DNA from: Deltaproteobacteria bacterium
GTDB lineage: Bacteria; Desulfobacterota; Binatia; Binatales; Binataceae
Length of the DNA: 64,000 nt
Assembly (NCBI GenBank): GCA_003135135.1
Contig: PLDK01000017.1
Coordinates: 13,715-77,714 of the forward strand
Reading direction: 5' to 3'
Part shown: one piece after another, positions 9,122-18,748 of the stretch
Layout: each line of letters starts with the position of its first letter
Position numbering within the stretch: position 1 is the first letter of the stretch
Notes under the pieces: model-generated
The model's database searches: none
What the model was told of the DNA's origin: nothing
What the model saw: only the letters and a program-made list of their open reading frames with translations
Translations under genes and position numbers: made by a program

Positions 9122-11293
9122 GTGGCACAAGCGCATCAAGCGGCCGAGACGCTGGAGGGCACCCTCGATCAGGTCCTGTTCGTTAACGAAAAAAATGGCT
9201 ATTCGGTCGCGGTCGTGGTCGTTGCCGGCGAGCATGGCGAGCTGCGCCGCGTCACCGTCGTTGGCAATCTCGCCGGTCTGGAAGTTGGCTCGACCATCCG
9301 CGCTCAAGGCGGCTTCGAACAGCACAAGACCTATGGCGATCAGTTTCACGTAGTCGATTTCGAAACGGTGCGGCCCGCTGGAGCGGTCGCGCTCGAACGC
9401 TACCTCGCTTCGGAAATAAAGGGCATCGGCCCCGCGCTTGCGCGGCGAATCGCCGAACATTTCGGAGACTCGCTCGGCGAGGTGCTCGACAACGCGCCCG
9501 AACGCATGCGCGAAGTCCCCGGCATCGGAGCCGCGGTCACGCGGGCAATCGCGGCTGCATGGCGCGACTCGTCCGGGCTGCGCGAGCTGACGGTCTTTCT
9601 GCGCGGGCACGGCCTGGCTGCCTCGCACGGGCGGCGCATCCACAAGTTCTACGGCAAGGACGCGCTCGAGGTCGTACGGCGCGATCCATACGTACTCGCG
9701 CGCACCATTCATGGCATCGGATTTCGCACCGCCGACGCCGTCGCGGAGAAACTCGGCATCCCGCGCAACTCGATCCAGCGCGCCCGCGCCGCGGTCTTGT
9801 ACATCCTCGAGCGCATGTCCGACGAGGGCCACGTTTATTCGCCCTTCGAGTATCTCGAAGGCCAGTTCCGTACCGCGCTCGAGATGGAGCCCGAGCTCGC
9901 GCGCGAGGCCGTCAATGAGCTGGCCGCAAGCGGCGAGGTGATCGTCGAAGAAGCCGACGATCACACCGCCGTCTATCTCGCACGCTTGCACGAGGCTGAA
10001 GTGAACGTCGCGCGGCGAATCGCGGAATTGAACGCGGGCCGCGGGATGAACAAGGAGCTGATCCAGCGCGCCCTGGACGCGGCCGTGCGAAGCTCTGAAC
10101 TCGAACTGTCGCCCGAACAAAAGAGCGCGCTCCGATGCGCGCTGGCCAGCCGCGTCACCGTTATCACCGGCGGTCCCGGCACCGGCAAGACGACCTTGCT
10201 GCGCTCGCTGCTGGCAGCGCTGGCCGAGGTCGGTTTGAAGCCGACGCTTGCCGCACCGACCGGGCGCGCGGCTCGCCGGCTCCAGGAGGCATCGGGCCGC
10301 GACGCAAAAACCATTCATCGGCTGCTCGAATACTCCCCCGAGAGCGGCGGCTTTGTCCGCGGCAAGGAATTTCCGCTCCGCACCAACTATCTGATCATCG
10401 ATGAAGCCTCGATGATGGACCTCGAGCTCGCCTCGAGCCTGCTATCCGCGCTGATGCCGAATTGCTCGCTGCTGCTGGTCGGCGATCGCGATCAACTTCC
10501 GTCGGTTGGCCCCGGCAGCGTCCTCAAGGACGTGATCGCATCCGACTTCGTGCCGGTCGTGCAATTGCAGGAGGTTTATCGACAAGCGCGCCGCAGCCTG
10601 ATAGTCGCCAACGCGCATCGTCTGAATCGCGGTGAATTCCCGGATATCTCCAATGCCCCCGAAGGCGACTTTTTTTTCTTCGAGCGCAACGCCGCCGAGG
10701 ACGTGCTGGCGACGATCAAGCAGCTCGTGCAACAGCGGCTGATTGGACGATTCGGAATAAACGACCCGCGCGAAATCCAGGTGCTGACGCCGATGAATCG
10801 CGGTCCGCTCGGCACGCACATCCTCAATCGCGAGCTGCAAAGCCTGCTCAATCCCTCGGGACGCGAACTCCGCGCCGGCGATCGCGTGTTTCGCGAGGGC
10901 GATCGCGTTATCCAGTTACGCAACAATTACGACAAGGACGTCTTCAACGGATCGATCGGCCGGATTCTCGCGATCGACTCGGACAAGGCGCGCGTGAGCG
11001 TCGCGTTCGAAGACACCCGCGCCGAATACGACCTGTCGGACCTCGACGAACTAGCGCTCGCGTACGCAATTTCAGTGCATAAGAGCCAGGGCAGCCAGTA
11101 TCCCGCGATCGTGATGCCGATACATTCGAGTCACTACCTGATGCTGCGTCGCAATCTGCTCTACACCGCGATCACGCGCGCCGAGCGGGTATGCGTGCTG
11201 GTCGGGACCAAAAGCGCATTGCAGCAGGCGGTGCGCAATCAGGATGAGCGGCTGCGCTTCTCGCGCCTCGCCGCGCGATTGCACGTGGCCTAG
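9122..11293 (+). CDS. recD2: ATP-dependent RecD-like DNA helicase (RecD2 type, SF1B)
   Basis: 723 aa. N-terminal OB-like region (TLEGTLDQVLFVNEKNGYSVAVV), HhH (KGIGPALARRIAEHFG), Walker A VITGGPGTGKTT, Walker B LIIDEASMMD, and motif LLLVGDRDQLPSVGPG. GTG start. Confidence 0.85.
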   Translation: MAQAHQAAETLEGTLDQVLFVNEKNGYSVAVVVVAGEHGELRRVTVVGNLAGLEVGSTIRAQGGFEQHKTYGDQFHVVDFETVRPAGAVALERYLASEIKGIGPALARRIAEHFGDSLGEVLDNAPERMREVPGIGAAVTRAIAAAWRDSSGLRELTVFLRGHGLAASHGRRIHKFYGKDALEVVRRDPYVLARTIHGIGFRTADAVAEKLGIPRNSIQRARAAVLYILERMSDEGHVYSPFEYLEGQFRTALEMEPELAREAVNELAASGEVIVEEADDHTAVYLARLHEAEVNVARRIAELNAGRGMNKELIQRALDAAVRSSELELSPEQKSALRCALASRVTVITGGPGTGKTTLLRSLLAALAEVGLKPTLAAPTGRAARRLQEASGRDAKTIHRLLEYSPESGGFVRGKEFPLRTNYLIIDEASMMDLELASSLLSALMPNCSLLLVGDRDQLPSVGPGSVLKDVIASDFVPVVQLQEVYRQARRSLIVANAHRLNRGEFPDISNAPEGDFFFFERNAAEDVLATIKQLVQQRLIGRFGINDPREIQVLTPMNRGPLGTHILNRELQSLLNPSGRELRAGDRVFREGDRVIQLRNNYDKDVFNGSIGRILAIDSDKARVSVAFEDTRAEYDLSDLDELALAYAISVHKSQGSQYPAIVMPIHSSHYLMLRRNLLYTAITRAERVCVLVGTKSALQQAVRNQDERLRFSRLAARLHVA

Positions 11294-11297
11294 CTTT

Positions 11298-11942
11298 TCA
11301 GTGATGTCCGCCAACGATGGCGTGGGACAGAAGTGATCCCAACACAAGTACGATAATCACAATGAGCCCTGGTATCAGGACCGCGATCAGTGCGCGCCAT
11401 GCCGAGAATCGATGCACTTCGCCAATGCACTTCAGCGAAACGATGAACCCCCAAAACCCGAGCACCCCTTCAACGACCATGATCATGTAAAACGCGGGAT
11501 CGATTTGAGGCAATGCCCCCGGCGTCGGAACCGGGATCGGCACGCCCAGCAGAACCGCGATCAAAAAGAGGATCGCACCGGCGATCCCAGGCACCTGCGA
11601 CCACGCGACCGCGGCCCGCACTTCGACTCGGCTCGCGACGCCGCCGAGCAGGCTTCCCGACCACTTTAAAACCACGCCGCCAAGGTACAGAGAGAGCACT
11701 CCGAGGGCCGCCGAGAACGCGACGATGACGGCCACCCACAGCGGCCACAAGACCGACAGATTGGCGTTGTTGCCGAGCGCCTTCGACCACTGGCCCGACA
11801 GCGCGCTGATCCCCGACCCGATGGCGGCGAGCGCGATTACGTTGCGCGTCGGATCGGTATCGACGATGCGCCGAATCGTCGCGCGCGGTGAGGTCCATAT
11901 CGTGAAAAAAGCAGTGATTGATCCGCCGGCCCCGTTCGCCAT
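11298..11942 (-). CDS. Yip1-domain family integral membrane protein
   Basis: 214 aa, about 5 TM helices, with a hydrophilic N-terminus (DTDPTRNVIALAAIGSGIS) resembling bacterial Yip1/DUF1282 proteins. The family call is tentative. Confidence 0.45.
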   Translation of the reverse strand: MANGAGGSITAFFTIWTSPRATIRRIVDTDPTRNVIALAAIGSGISALSGQWSKALGNNANLSVLWPLWVAVIVAFSAALGVLSLYLGGVVLKWSGSLLGGVASRVEVRAAVAWSQVPGIAGAILFLIAVLLGVPIPVPTPGALPQIDPAFYMIMVVEGVLGFWGFIVSLKCIGEVHRFSAWRALIAVLIPGLIVIIVLVLGSLLSHAIVGGHH

Positions 11943-12044
11943 CGAAACCCCCGTCCCGGTGCGAATTCCGCCACGCTAGCACCTTGCTGCTTCACGCAAC
12001 AGCATGACGCCCTGCCGCTCGCGCGCGATTGACTCAGTTTCACG

Positions 12045-12374
12045 ATGCGAATTACCATCGCAACGATGAAACCGATCAGCTCGATAATTCTCGCTGCGTT
12101 GCTTGCAGCCTGCGTGCAGGCCTACGGATGCGTCGTCGTTGAATCGAGTGCGATCTCCGATCGCGCGGGCGCCGGTAACCCCATCAGCTCGAGCGCCAGC
12201 GATCTCGGATTCCTTCGTCTGGTCGCCCCGCAAGGGCTCACGCAGACCGCGCTTGCCAACCTGCTAAGCAACTGCGCCACCGGCAAAGTATCCGGAGTGA
12301 CCACCGAGCTCAGGATGCGCGATTTCCTTATCGTGCAGTCGTACACCGTGTCGGTCAACGCTGTCTGTAACTAG
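12045..12374 (+). CDS. Small putative lipoprotein (signal peptide plus LAAC lipobox), unknown function
   Basis: 109 aa; N-terminal MKPISSIILAALLAAC fits a lipoprotein signal. No recognisable domain. The actual start may be the ATG at 12066. Confidence 0.4.
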   Translation: MRITIATMKPISSIILAALLAACVQAYGCVVVESSAISDRAGAGNPISSSASDLGFLRLVAPQGLTQTALANLLSNCATGKVSGVTTELRMRDFLIVQSYTVSVNAVCN

Positions 12375-12391
12375 TTTCCGGTCGGGCCCTG

Positions 12392-12886
12392 CTAGCGGCT
12401 CTTGACGGCCGGCTTTTCGGCCGGTGGGGGGATGCGCTTGCCATGCACCGGTTGCAGCTCGCGAAGAAAGCTCAGTACGGCTTCGGCTTCCGATCGCACC
12501 GCGTCGGGATCGTGCCCGGCCTGCTCCAGTTCCTTCTCAACTTCCGCGATCGTCCTGGTCCAGTCGTTTTTGAACTTGCCATTGAGTTCCTTCCATGCGA
12601 CTCCCGCCAACGCGTCGGTCACGTTTGCCGGTGGATGATAAAATCCGCGCGCGATCAGCACCGCGATCGCCGGATAGCCGACGTAGCCCTGCCAGTACGA
12701 CGCGTTGTCGTTCGACGCGATCTCGCGCCCGTCCGCCGAGGTCTCCACTTCGTAAGTTTTAGACTCGTCCGACGACACGACCGTCGCCCGCCGGCCGTCC
12801 TCGATTCGTACCCGGCCGTCGCCAATCGCCCCGAGCGCTTCGTAAACTTTCACCAGCGGGGGCATTTTCCATTGCGTCCCTGACAT
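12392..12886 (-). CDS. Conserved hypothetical protein (164 aa), no recognisable domain
   Basis: Clean ORF with coding-like composition and no overlap with a better call; ends KPAVKSR. Function unknown. Confidence 0.45.
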   Translation of the reverse strand: MSGTQWKMPPLVKVYEALGAIGDGRVRIEDGRRATVVSSDESKTYEVETSADGREIASNDNASYWQGYVGYPAIAVLIARGFYHPPANVTDALAGVAWKELNGKFKNDWTRTIAEVEKELEQAGHDPDAVRSEAEAVLSFLRELQPVHGKRIPPPAEKPAVKSR

Positions 12887-13015
12887 AGCCGTGAGCTATC
12901 GCCTCTCGCCGTTAGGTTCGCATCGCGACGCCGCGATCGTCAAGCCGCACGCCGCGCGCCTTAACATCGCGGCGTCTATCTGACACGATTGCTGCACGCA
13001 TCCACGGCTTCACAG

Positions 13016-14692
13016 ATGAAAGAACTGATCGTTTCCATTCTTCGCGACGCAATCGAGCGCGCGCGCGCCGCGGGTCAGTTGACCGCCGGCATTCCTTCGA
13101 TCGGAATCGAAGCGCCCAGGGACTCCGCCCACGGCGACGTCGCCTCGAACGTCGCGCTGACTCTTGCCAAGCCCGAGCGCAAACCACCGCGCGCGATCGC
13201 GGAAATTATCAAGTCGCAGGTCGCGATGCCCGAGGAAGTGAGCGAAGTCTCGGTCGCCGGCCCCGGCTTCATCAATTTCAAAATGTCGCCCGCTTACTGG
13301 CACTCCGAGATGCGCCGCGCCACGAGCGCCGGTCGCGCGTTCTGGAAGCCGCGACCGTGGGAGCTGCGTCCGGGTGCTGGAAAAAAAGTCCAGGTCGAGT
13401 TTCTCTCCGCCAATCCCACCGGCCCCGTGACCGTCGGCCATGGCCGCAACGCCGTGCTCGGCGACACCATCGCGCGCCTCTACGAGGCGGCCGGCTTCGA
13501 CGTCACGCGCGAATATTATTTCAACGACGGCGGCCGCCAGATGAAGTTGCTCGGCGAGTCGGTGCGCGCGCGATACCTTCAGGAGCACGGCATCGACGCG
13601 CCGCTGCCCGAAGACGGCTACCAGGGCGAGTACATCCTTGACATCGCGCGCGCTCTGAAAGCGAAGCGCGGCGACGCGCTCGTGTCCGTTACCGAACTCG
13701 ACGAGTTTCGCGAGGCGGCCGTCAGTGCCATCTTCGCCGACATCAACCGGACCTGCACGCGCCTGGGGGTTCGCTTCGACGTCTATACCAACGAGCTCGA
13801 TCTCTTCAGCAGTGGAAAGGTTGACGCCGTCCTCAAAGCGCTGCACGACGGCGGCTTCACCGTCGAAAAGGACGGCGCCATCTGGCTGCGCGGCGAGCCG
13901 CTCGGACTTCCCAAGGACGCCGTGCTGGTGCGCTCCGGCCCCGACCGCCAGCCGACCTATCGCACCCCCGACATCGCCTATCACATCGAGAAGCTCAAGC
14001 GCGGCTTCGATCTGATCGTGGACGTGTTCGGCGCCGATCATATCGCCGAGCATCAGCAGGTCATCGCTGCCGTCAAGGCGCTCGGCTACGACATCACGCC
14101 CATCAGCGCGATTATCTACCAGTTCGTCACGCTCACGCGCGGCGGCGAAAAGGTCAAGATGTCCACGCGCAAGGCGACCTACGTCACGCTCGACGAGTTG
14201 ATCGACGAAGTCGGCGCCGACGTGGTGCGATTTTTCTTTCTGTTTCGCAAGTCCGACAGCCAGCTCGACTTCGATCTCGAACTCGCCAAAAAGCAGGCGC
14301 CCGAGAATCCCGTCTTTTACGTCCAGTATGCGCACGCGCGCCTGGCCAGTATCTTTCGCGAGGGCGCGGCCAAGGGCTTGATGCTCCCCGCGGATCAGTC
14401 GGCCATCGATCTCAATTTGCTCGGCGCCGAGGAACTCGATCTCGCCAAGCGTGCGGTTGGACTTCCCGAGGTCATGTCCGCGGCGGCCGAGGCGCTCGAG
14501 CCGCATCGGATTCCGTTCTATCTGCTTGAGCTGGCCGGCGAGTTCCATCGCTACTACAACAAGCCCGCCAGTCGTATAATCGGGCCGGATCGCGAACTCA
14601 GTTTGGCGCGGATGTTCATGGCGGGGATTCTCAAAGATGCGATTGCCGGCGGACTCGAGTTGCTCGGGGTGAGCGCTCCAGAGCGGATGTGA
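13016..14692 (+). CDS. argS: Arginine--tRNA ligase
   Basis: Class I signature (PTGPVTVGHGRNAVLGD = HIGH region), KMSK-like MSTRK motif, DALR anticodon-binding C-terminus. The track start at 12989 is TTG; I prefer the ATG at 13016 (MKELIVSIL). Confidence 0.9.
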   Translation: MKELIVSILRDAIERARAAGQLTAGIPSIGIEAPRDSAHGDVASNVALTLAKPERKPPRAIAEIIKSQVAMPEEVSEVSVAGPGFINFKMSPAYWHSEMRRATSAGRAFWKPRPWELRPGAGKKVQVEFLSANPTGPVTVGHGRNAVLGDTIARLYEAAGFDVTREYYFNDGGRQMKLLGESVRARYLQEHGIDAPLPEDGYQGEYILDIARALKAKRGDALVSVTELDEFREAAVSAIFADINRTCTRLGVRFDVYTNELDLFSSGKVDAVLKALHDGGFTVEKDGAIWLRGEPLGLPKDAVLVRSGPDRQPTYRTPDIAYHIEKLKRGFDLIVDVFGADHIAEHQQVIAAVKALGYDITPISAIIYQFVTLTRGGEKVKMSTRKATYVTLDELIDEVGADVVRFFFLFRKSDSQLDFDLELAKKQAPENPVFYVQYAHARLASIFREGAAKGLMLPADQSAIDLNLLGAEELDLAKRAVGLPEVMSAAAEALEPHRIPFYLLELAGEFHRYYNKPASRIIGPDRELSLARMFMAGILKDAIAGGLELLGVSAPERM

Positions 14693-14706
14693 GGAACTAA
14701 AACGGG

Positions 14707-15390
14707 ATGCGATTCGAAGTCAGGGCGGGCGGCTGGTTTCTAATTTTACTCGGATTGGTCGGGCTGTCGGGCGGGGTCTTCGCGCTCGGATTGGTCGCGG
14801 GCTACGAGATGGCCCGGCAGAACCAACCCGACTTGAATCAAATCTCCTCGACCTACCCGCTGCCGAGTCCCCCTGCATCCGGCGAAAAGCCCGCGCCCGT
14901 ACCTGAGATGTCATCTGCGGCCGTCGCGTCGCCATCGATTGCGGCTGTACCGCCATCGCTCCACGTCAAACCGCCCGCGCCCGCCGTCGGCGAGGTACCG
15001 CCGGCTGTGCGCACCTCGCCTGCCACCGTCGCGCGCTTGAAACCGCGTCCCGGGGCACCTGCGGTCAATCCTCCCGCGCGCGACAATGAAAACGAATCCG
15101 ACGAAGATTCCGAAACGGCCTCCGCTCCCACCGCACCGGCCCGCGCCCTTGCTCGCGGCGCGAAGCCGTACAACATCCAGATCGAAGCCGTGATGGACAA
15201 GAGCGGGGCGGACGAGATGGTCTCACGGCTCAAGACGCTCGGCTACAGCGCGCAGGAGATGAAGGTCGCGCTCAACGGGCAGACCTGGTACCGCGTGCGC
15301 ATCGGACCCTACGCCAGCGCCGGCGAAGCGGCTGCCGCGCAGAACAAACTCCGCGAGCAATACCGCCAAGCCTACACGACCTCGCATTGA
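14707..15390 (+). CDS. SPOR-domain protein (N-terminal TM anchor, Pro-rich linker, C-terminal SPOR peptidoglycan-binding domain)
   Basis: TM helix WFLILLGLVGLSGGVFALGLVAG; long P/A-rich linker; C-terminal YNIQIEAVMDKSGADEMVSRLKTLGY...YRVRIGPYASAGEAAAAQNKL, which is the SPOR fold signature. Confidence 0.75.
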   Translation: MRFEVRAGGWFLILLGLVGLSGGVFALGLVAGYEMARQNQPDLNQISSTYPLPSPPASGEKPAPVPEMSSAAVASPSIAAVPPSLHVKPPAPAVGEVPPAVRTSPATVARLKPRPGAPAVNPPARDNENESDEDSETASAPTAPARALARGAKPYNIQIEAVMDKSGADEMVSRLKTLGYSAQEMKVALNGQTWYRVRIGPYASAGEAAAAQNKLREQYRQAYTTSH

Positions 15391-15453
15391 GCCAGCCGCC
15401 CGCCGCTGCAAACCCAGCGTCGGTTTCGCTGACTCTGATGTGTCTCTTTCTGG

Positions 15454-16920
15454 CTAGGGGATGGCTGGCACCGGGCCGAGCGTAACTCCCAGCGGCCCGT
15501 CCAATCCGTTCGCCGAAGTGGCCGCTGCCGATGAAGTGAAATTCTGCTGCCCGATCACAATGCTGGCGTTCATCCCGGTCGTCAGCGGCGGCTCGAATAT
15601 CATAACGCGATTGTTGTTGGGATCGGCGACGTAGAGATTCCCGACGCTATCGAACTTCACATCCGAAGCACTCGCCAGTCCATTCTGCGTGGTTACCGAG
15701 TTCGAACTGGTGAAGCCCGGCTGCCCAATGACGACGCTTGCGCTCATGCCGCTTGTGAATGGCGGCACGAACTCGAGCGCCCGGTTATTCACCGAATCTG
15801 CCACCCACAGGTCGCCATCCGGATCGAAAGCCGCGCTGAATGGCGCCTTGAGCGTGCTCGACGTGGTGCCGCTTCCACTCGACGTGAAGTCGGTTTGACC
15901 GATGACCAGGCTCGCCGCCTCTCCCGTGGATAGCGGCGTAGCGAATTCGAGCACCCGATTATTCGCGTAGTCGCTGACCCACAGATTGTCGTTCCCATCA
16001 AAGGTGAAGAATTTCGGCACATTGAGCCCACTGGCCGTGGTGGCGGCGCCGGTGGAAGTAAAGTCAGTCTGACCGATGACCACGCTCGCATTCATCCCGC
16101 TGGCAAACGTCGGCTCGAATTCAAGGATGCGATTGTTGTTGAAGTCTCCTGCCCACAGATTGCCGGCCGGGTCGAATGCCACCCCGACCACGTTGTTCAT
16201 GTTGCTCTGCGATGCAGGTATCCCGCTCGAGCCGCCATTGGTCGTGAAATTCTGCTGACCGATGACCAGGCTGGCGTCCATACCGTTACTGAATGTCGGC
16301 ACGAATTCGATCACCCGTCCAAAGTAGAAATCTCCCGACCATAGATTCCCGGACCCATCGAGTGCGGTCGCTTCCGGATTTCCCATCCCGCTTTGCGTCA
16401 CGTTCTGGCCCGAGGTCGTGAAGTCGGGCTGGCCGAAGACCACGTTTGCACACATCCCGGTCGTGAACGGCGGTAGATACTCCAGCACGCGCGAATTGCT
16501 GGAATCACTGACGAACATCGCGTCGGCAGGGGCCTCAGCCTCCGGCACCCTGGTACCGCCCGAAGGCGCGCAAGTCGGCGTGGCAGTGGGCGTCGCGGTT
16601 ACCGTGGCCGTCGGCGTCGAAGTCGCCGTTGCGGTGCGGGTTGGCGTCGGAGTCAACGTCGCGGTCCGCGTCGGGGTTGCCGTCGCGGTTGCCGTCGCGG
16701 TTGCTGTGCCGGTTGGCGTGGACGTGGCCGTCGACGTCATCGACGGCGTACCCGTGGGTGTCGGGGATACGGAAGTGGTTGAAGTCGCCGTGGCGGTTGG
16801 AGTGTGTTTCGGGCTGGTAGAGCACGAAGAGCAGGGATCGCACGCCTGGAGGAGCAAAGCCGAAAGCGCGGCAAACAGGGAAATCGCGGTGAAGGTCGCA
16901 CTCTGACGCATCTCAGTCAC
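15454..16920 (-). CDS. Secreted/lipoprotein NHL-repeat beta-propeller protein with Thr/Pro-rich linker
   Basis: Signal peptide plus LLLQAC lipobox; about 85 aa of T/P/A low-complexity linker; then about 8 repeats of roughly 43 aa of the form [VI]IGQ.(D/N)FTS...P.G.A.D..GNLWV(A/S)D..NNR(V/I)LEF, which is the NHL repeat. Confidence 0.8.
   Translation of the reverse strand: MTEMRQSATFTAISLFAALSALLLQACDPCSSCSTSPKHTPTATATSTTSVSPTPTGTPSMTSTATSTPTGTATATATATATPTRTATLTPTPTRTATATSTPTATVTATPTATPTCAPSGGTRVPEAEAPADAMFVSDSSNSRVLEYLPPFTTGMCANVVFGQPDFTTSGQNVTQSGMGNPEATALDGSGNLWSGDFYFGRVIEFVPTFSNGMDASLVIGQQNFTTNGGSSGIPASQSNMNNVVGVAFDPAGNLWAGDFNNNRILEFEPTFASGMNASVVIGQTDFTSTGAATTASGLNVPKFFTFDGNDNLWVSDYANNRVLEFATPLSTGEAASLVIGQTDFTSSGSGTTSSTLKAPFSAAFDPDGDLWVADSVNNRALEFVPPFTSGMSASVVIGQPGFTSSNSVTTQNGLASASDVKFDSVGNLYVADPNNNRVMIFEPPLTTGMNASIVIGQQNFTSSAAATSANGLDGPLGVTLGPVPAIP
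16540..16800. repeat. DNA-level low-complexity tandem repeat (GTCGCC/GTTGCC-type hexamers) encoding the Thr/Pro/Ala linker of the NHL protein
   Basis: Visible runs of gtcgcggttgccgtcgcggttgc... lie within the CDS. Not CRISPR: there are no unique spacers and it is in frame within a gene. Confidence 0.7.
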
Positions 16921-17017
16921 TCATATGCCTGGATAATTTGCTAAACCTAAAGCAGACACACCCTACCGAATTGAAAGCACATTTATCAAGCTTTGTTTGC
17001 AGGCGCTGGCCCCTGCA

Positions 17018-17047
17018 TTGACAATCGGCCGCCGCGCATGGATCATT
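17018..17047 (+). promoter_or_regulatory. Candidate sigma70 promoter for the trp leader (TTGACA at 17018-17023, 17-18 nt spacer, GATCAT/ATCATT -10)
   Basis: Perfect -35 hexamer and an acceptable -10, about 10 nt upstream of the leader ATG. Pattern only. Confidence 0.35.
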
Positions 17048-17056
17048 AAGCCAACG

Positions 17057-17137
17057 ATGAATCTCACGAGCCGGAAAATTTGTGCGGGATGGTGGCGTTG
17101 GCACGTCGATGCACCCGCCTGCGCGCCGGCTTTGTAA
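17057..17137 (+). CDS. trpL: trp operon leader peptide (26 aa, MNLTSRKICAGWWRWHVDAPACAPAL) with 3 Trp codons in a WWRW cluster
   Basis: Short ORF lying between a candidate promoter and an intrinsic terminator, immediately upstream of trpE. Trp is otherwise a rare codon, so three in 26 aa is striking. Confidence 0.55.
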   Translation: MNLTSRKICAGWWRWHVDAPACAPAL

Positions 17138-17163
17138 TTCATCGCAAAACCGATTTCTTAAGA

Positions 17164-17203
17164 GGGCCGCGGGCGGAAAACCTGCGGCCCTTTTCTTTTT
17201 TTG
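17164..17203 (+). terminator. Rho-independent terminator/attenuator hairpin (GGGCCGC...GCGGCCC stem followed by TTTTCTTTTTTT)
   Basis: 7-bp GC stem with a 13-nt loop and a 12-nt T tract, about 35 nt upstream of the trpE start and downstream of the leader ORF. Confidence 0.65.
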
Positions 17204-17237
17204 AGTGATGGAGTTGGAAGCAAGCGAGGCAATTTAG

Positions 17238-18743
17238 ATGTTGCAACCCACTGAAAGCGAATTCGAACAACTGGCGGCGAAGGGCTTCAACCTCATCCCG
17301 GTCTTCGAGGAAATCGCCGCCGACCTCGAGACTCCCGTCTCCGCCTTCCTGAAGGTCGCGCGTGACGATTACGCCTTTCTGCTCGAAAGCGTCCGCGGCG
17401 GCGAGAAATGGGGACGCTACACTTTCCTCGGTTCCGAGCCGTCGGTCGTGATGCGCGCGCGCAAGAACCGAATGGATATCATCCGGCCCGGCCGCGGCGT
17501 CGAAGTGCGCTCGGTGGCCAACTCGTTCGAGGAGTTGCGCGCCGAGGTCAAGCACTTCCGCGCTCCCGAGCTGCCCAACCTGCCGCGCTTCTTCGGCGGC
17601 GCAGTGGGATTTCTCGCTTACGATATCGTGCGATGCTTCGAGAAGATTCCCGAGACCACGCACGATGATCTCGGCACCCCCGATTTCTGCCTGATGTTTA
17701 CCGACACGGTGCTGTGCTTCGACAACGTCCGCCAGACGCTCAAAATAATCGCCAACGTGCCGGTCGAGGAGTTCGCCTCGACAAAAATGGCGTATCAAAG
17801 CGCGCGCGTGAAGATCGACGAATTAATCGAGCGCCTCAAACGCCCTGCGGTGCCGCCGTTTCTCGAGGGTGCAAGCAACGCCGCCATCAACGACGCGTCC
17901 ATCACCTCGAACCAGACGCGCGAAGGCTACATGGCGATGGTTTCTGCGGCCAAGGAATATATCGCGGCCGGCGACATTATCCAGGTCGTTCCGTCGCAGC
18001 GCTTCGAGGCGCCCCTGACCGTGCATCCGTTCAACATCTACCGCAGCCTGCGCACGATTAACCCGTCGCCCTACATGTTCTACCTGCGCCTGGGCGATCA
18101 CACGCTGGTCGGCGCCTCGCCGGAAGTGATGGTCCGGGTCGAGGGTCGAGAGATTACCCTGCGGCCGATCGCGGGAACCCGCCGGCGCGGCGCGACGGAG
18201 GCCGAGGACCAGGAGCTCGAAGCCGAGTTGCTCGCCGATCCCAAGGAACGCGCCGAGCACGTGATGCTGGTCGATCTCGGGCGCAACGACGTCGGCCGGG
18301 TCTCCGAAATCGGCTCGGTGAAAGTGACGGAGCTGATGGTCGTCGAACGCTACTCGCACGTGATGCATATAGTGTCGAACGTCACCGGCGTGCTGCGCGA
18401 GGGATGCGACGCGTTCGACGCATTCGCCGCGACCTTTCCGCAGGGCACCGTCTCCGGCGCCCCGAAAATCCGCGCCATGGAAATTATCGACGAGCTCGAG
18501 TCCGTGCGCCGCGGCGTGTACGCCGGCGCGGTCGGCTATTTCAGCTACACCGGCAACACCGACACCGCGATCGCGCTGCGCACGCTGCTGATCAAGAACA
18601 ACCGCGTTTACATTCAGGCCGGTGGCGGCGTCGTCGCCGACTCGGACCCCGGCGCGGAATTCGAGGAATCGGTAAACAAGGCTCGCGCGATGGTGCGGGC
18701 GCTTGAGGCCGCGCGTGGCTTTGAAAACGCGGCGAAGAGGTAA
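17238..18743 (+). CDS. trpE: Anthranilate synthase component I
   Basis: 501 aa; full chorismate-binding domain with TrpE C-terminal motifs ([20 protein letters not shown]). Confidence 0.95.
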   Translation: MLQPTESEFEQLAAKGFNLIPVFEEIAADLETPVSAFLKVARDDYAFLLESVRGGEKWGRYTFLGSEPSVVMRARKNRMDIIRPGRGVEVRSVANSFEELRAEVKHFRAPELPNLPRFFGGAVGFLAYDIVRCFEKIPETTHDDLGTPDFCLMFTDTVLCFDNVRQTLKIIANVPVEEFASTKMAYQSARVKIDELIERLKRPAVPPFLEGASNAAINDASITSNQTREGYMAMVSAAKEYIAAGDIIQVVPSQRFEAPLTVHPFNIYRSLRTINPSPYMFYLRLGDHTLVGASPEVMVRVEGREITLRPIAGTRRRGATEAEDQELEAELLADPKERAEHVMLVDLGRNDVGRVSEIGSVKVTELMVVERYSHVMHIVSNVTGVLREGCDAFDAFAATFPQGTVSGAPKIRAMEIIDELESVRRGVYAGAVGYFSYTGNTDTAIALRTLLIKNNRVYIQAGGGVVADSDPGAEFEESVNKARAMVRALEAARGFENAAKR

Positions 18744-18748
18744 GTCGC

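Noticed and set aside
13010-14548. 512-aa antisense ORF opposite argS
   Set aside because: It is a typical long open frame on the antisense strand of a 65%+ GC gene, with an Arg/Ala/Gly-rich low-complexity translation and no start context. The same applies to the long antisense ORFs at 8972-10318, 19336-20463, 20253-21290, 21503-23188, 26186-27781, 34862-35953, 37305-38816, 39027-40334, 40443-41561, 45181-46194, 48401-49339, 54569-56836, 59365-60150 and 60182-61039.
16540-16800. Repetitive DNA that could be mistaken for a CRISPR-like or minisatellite array
   Set aside because: It is in frame inside the NHL lipoprotein gene and encodes a Thr/Pro/Ala linker. It has no spacer/repeat periodicity and no cas genes.
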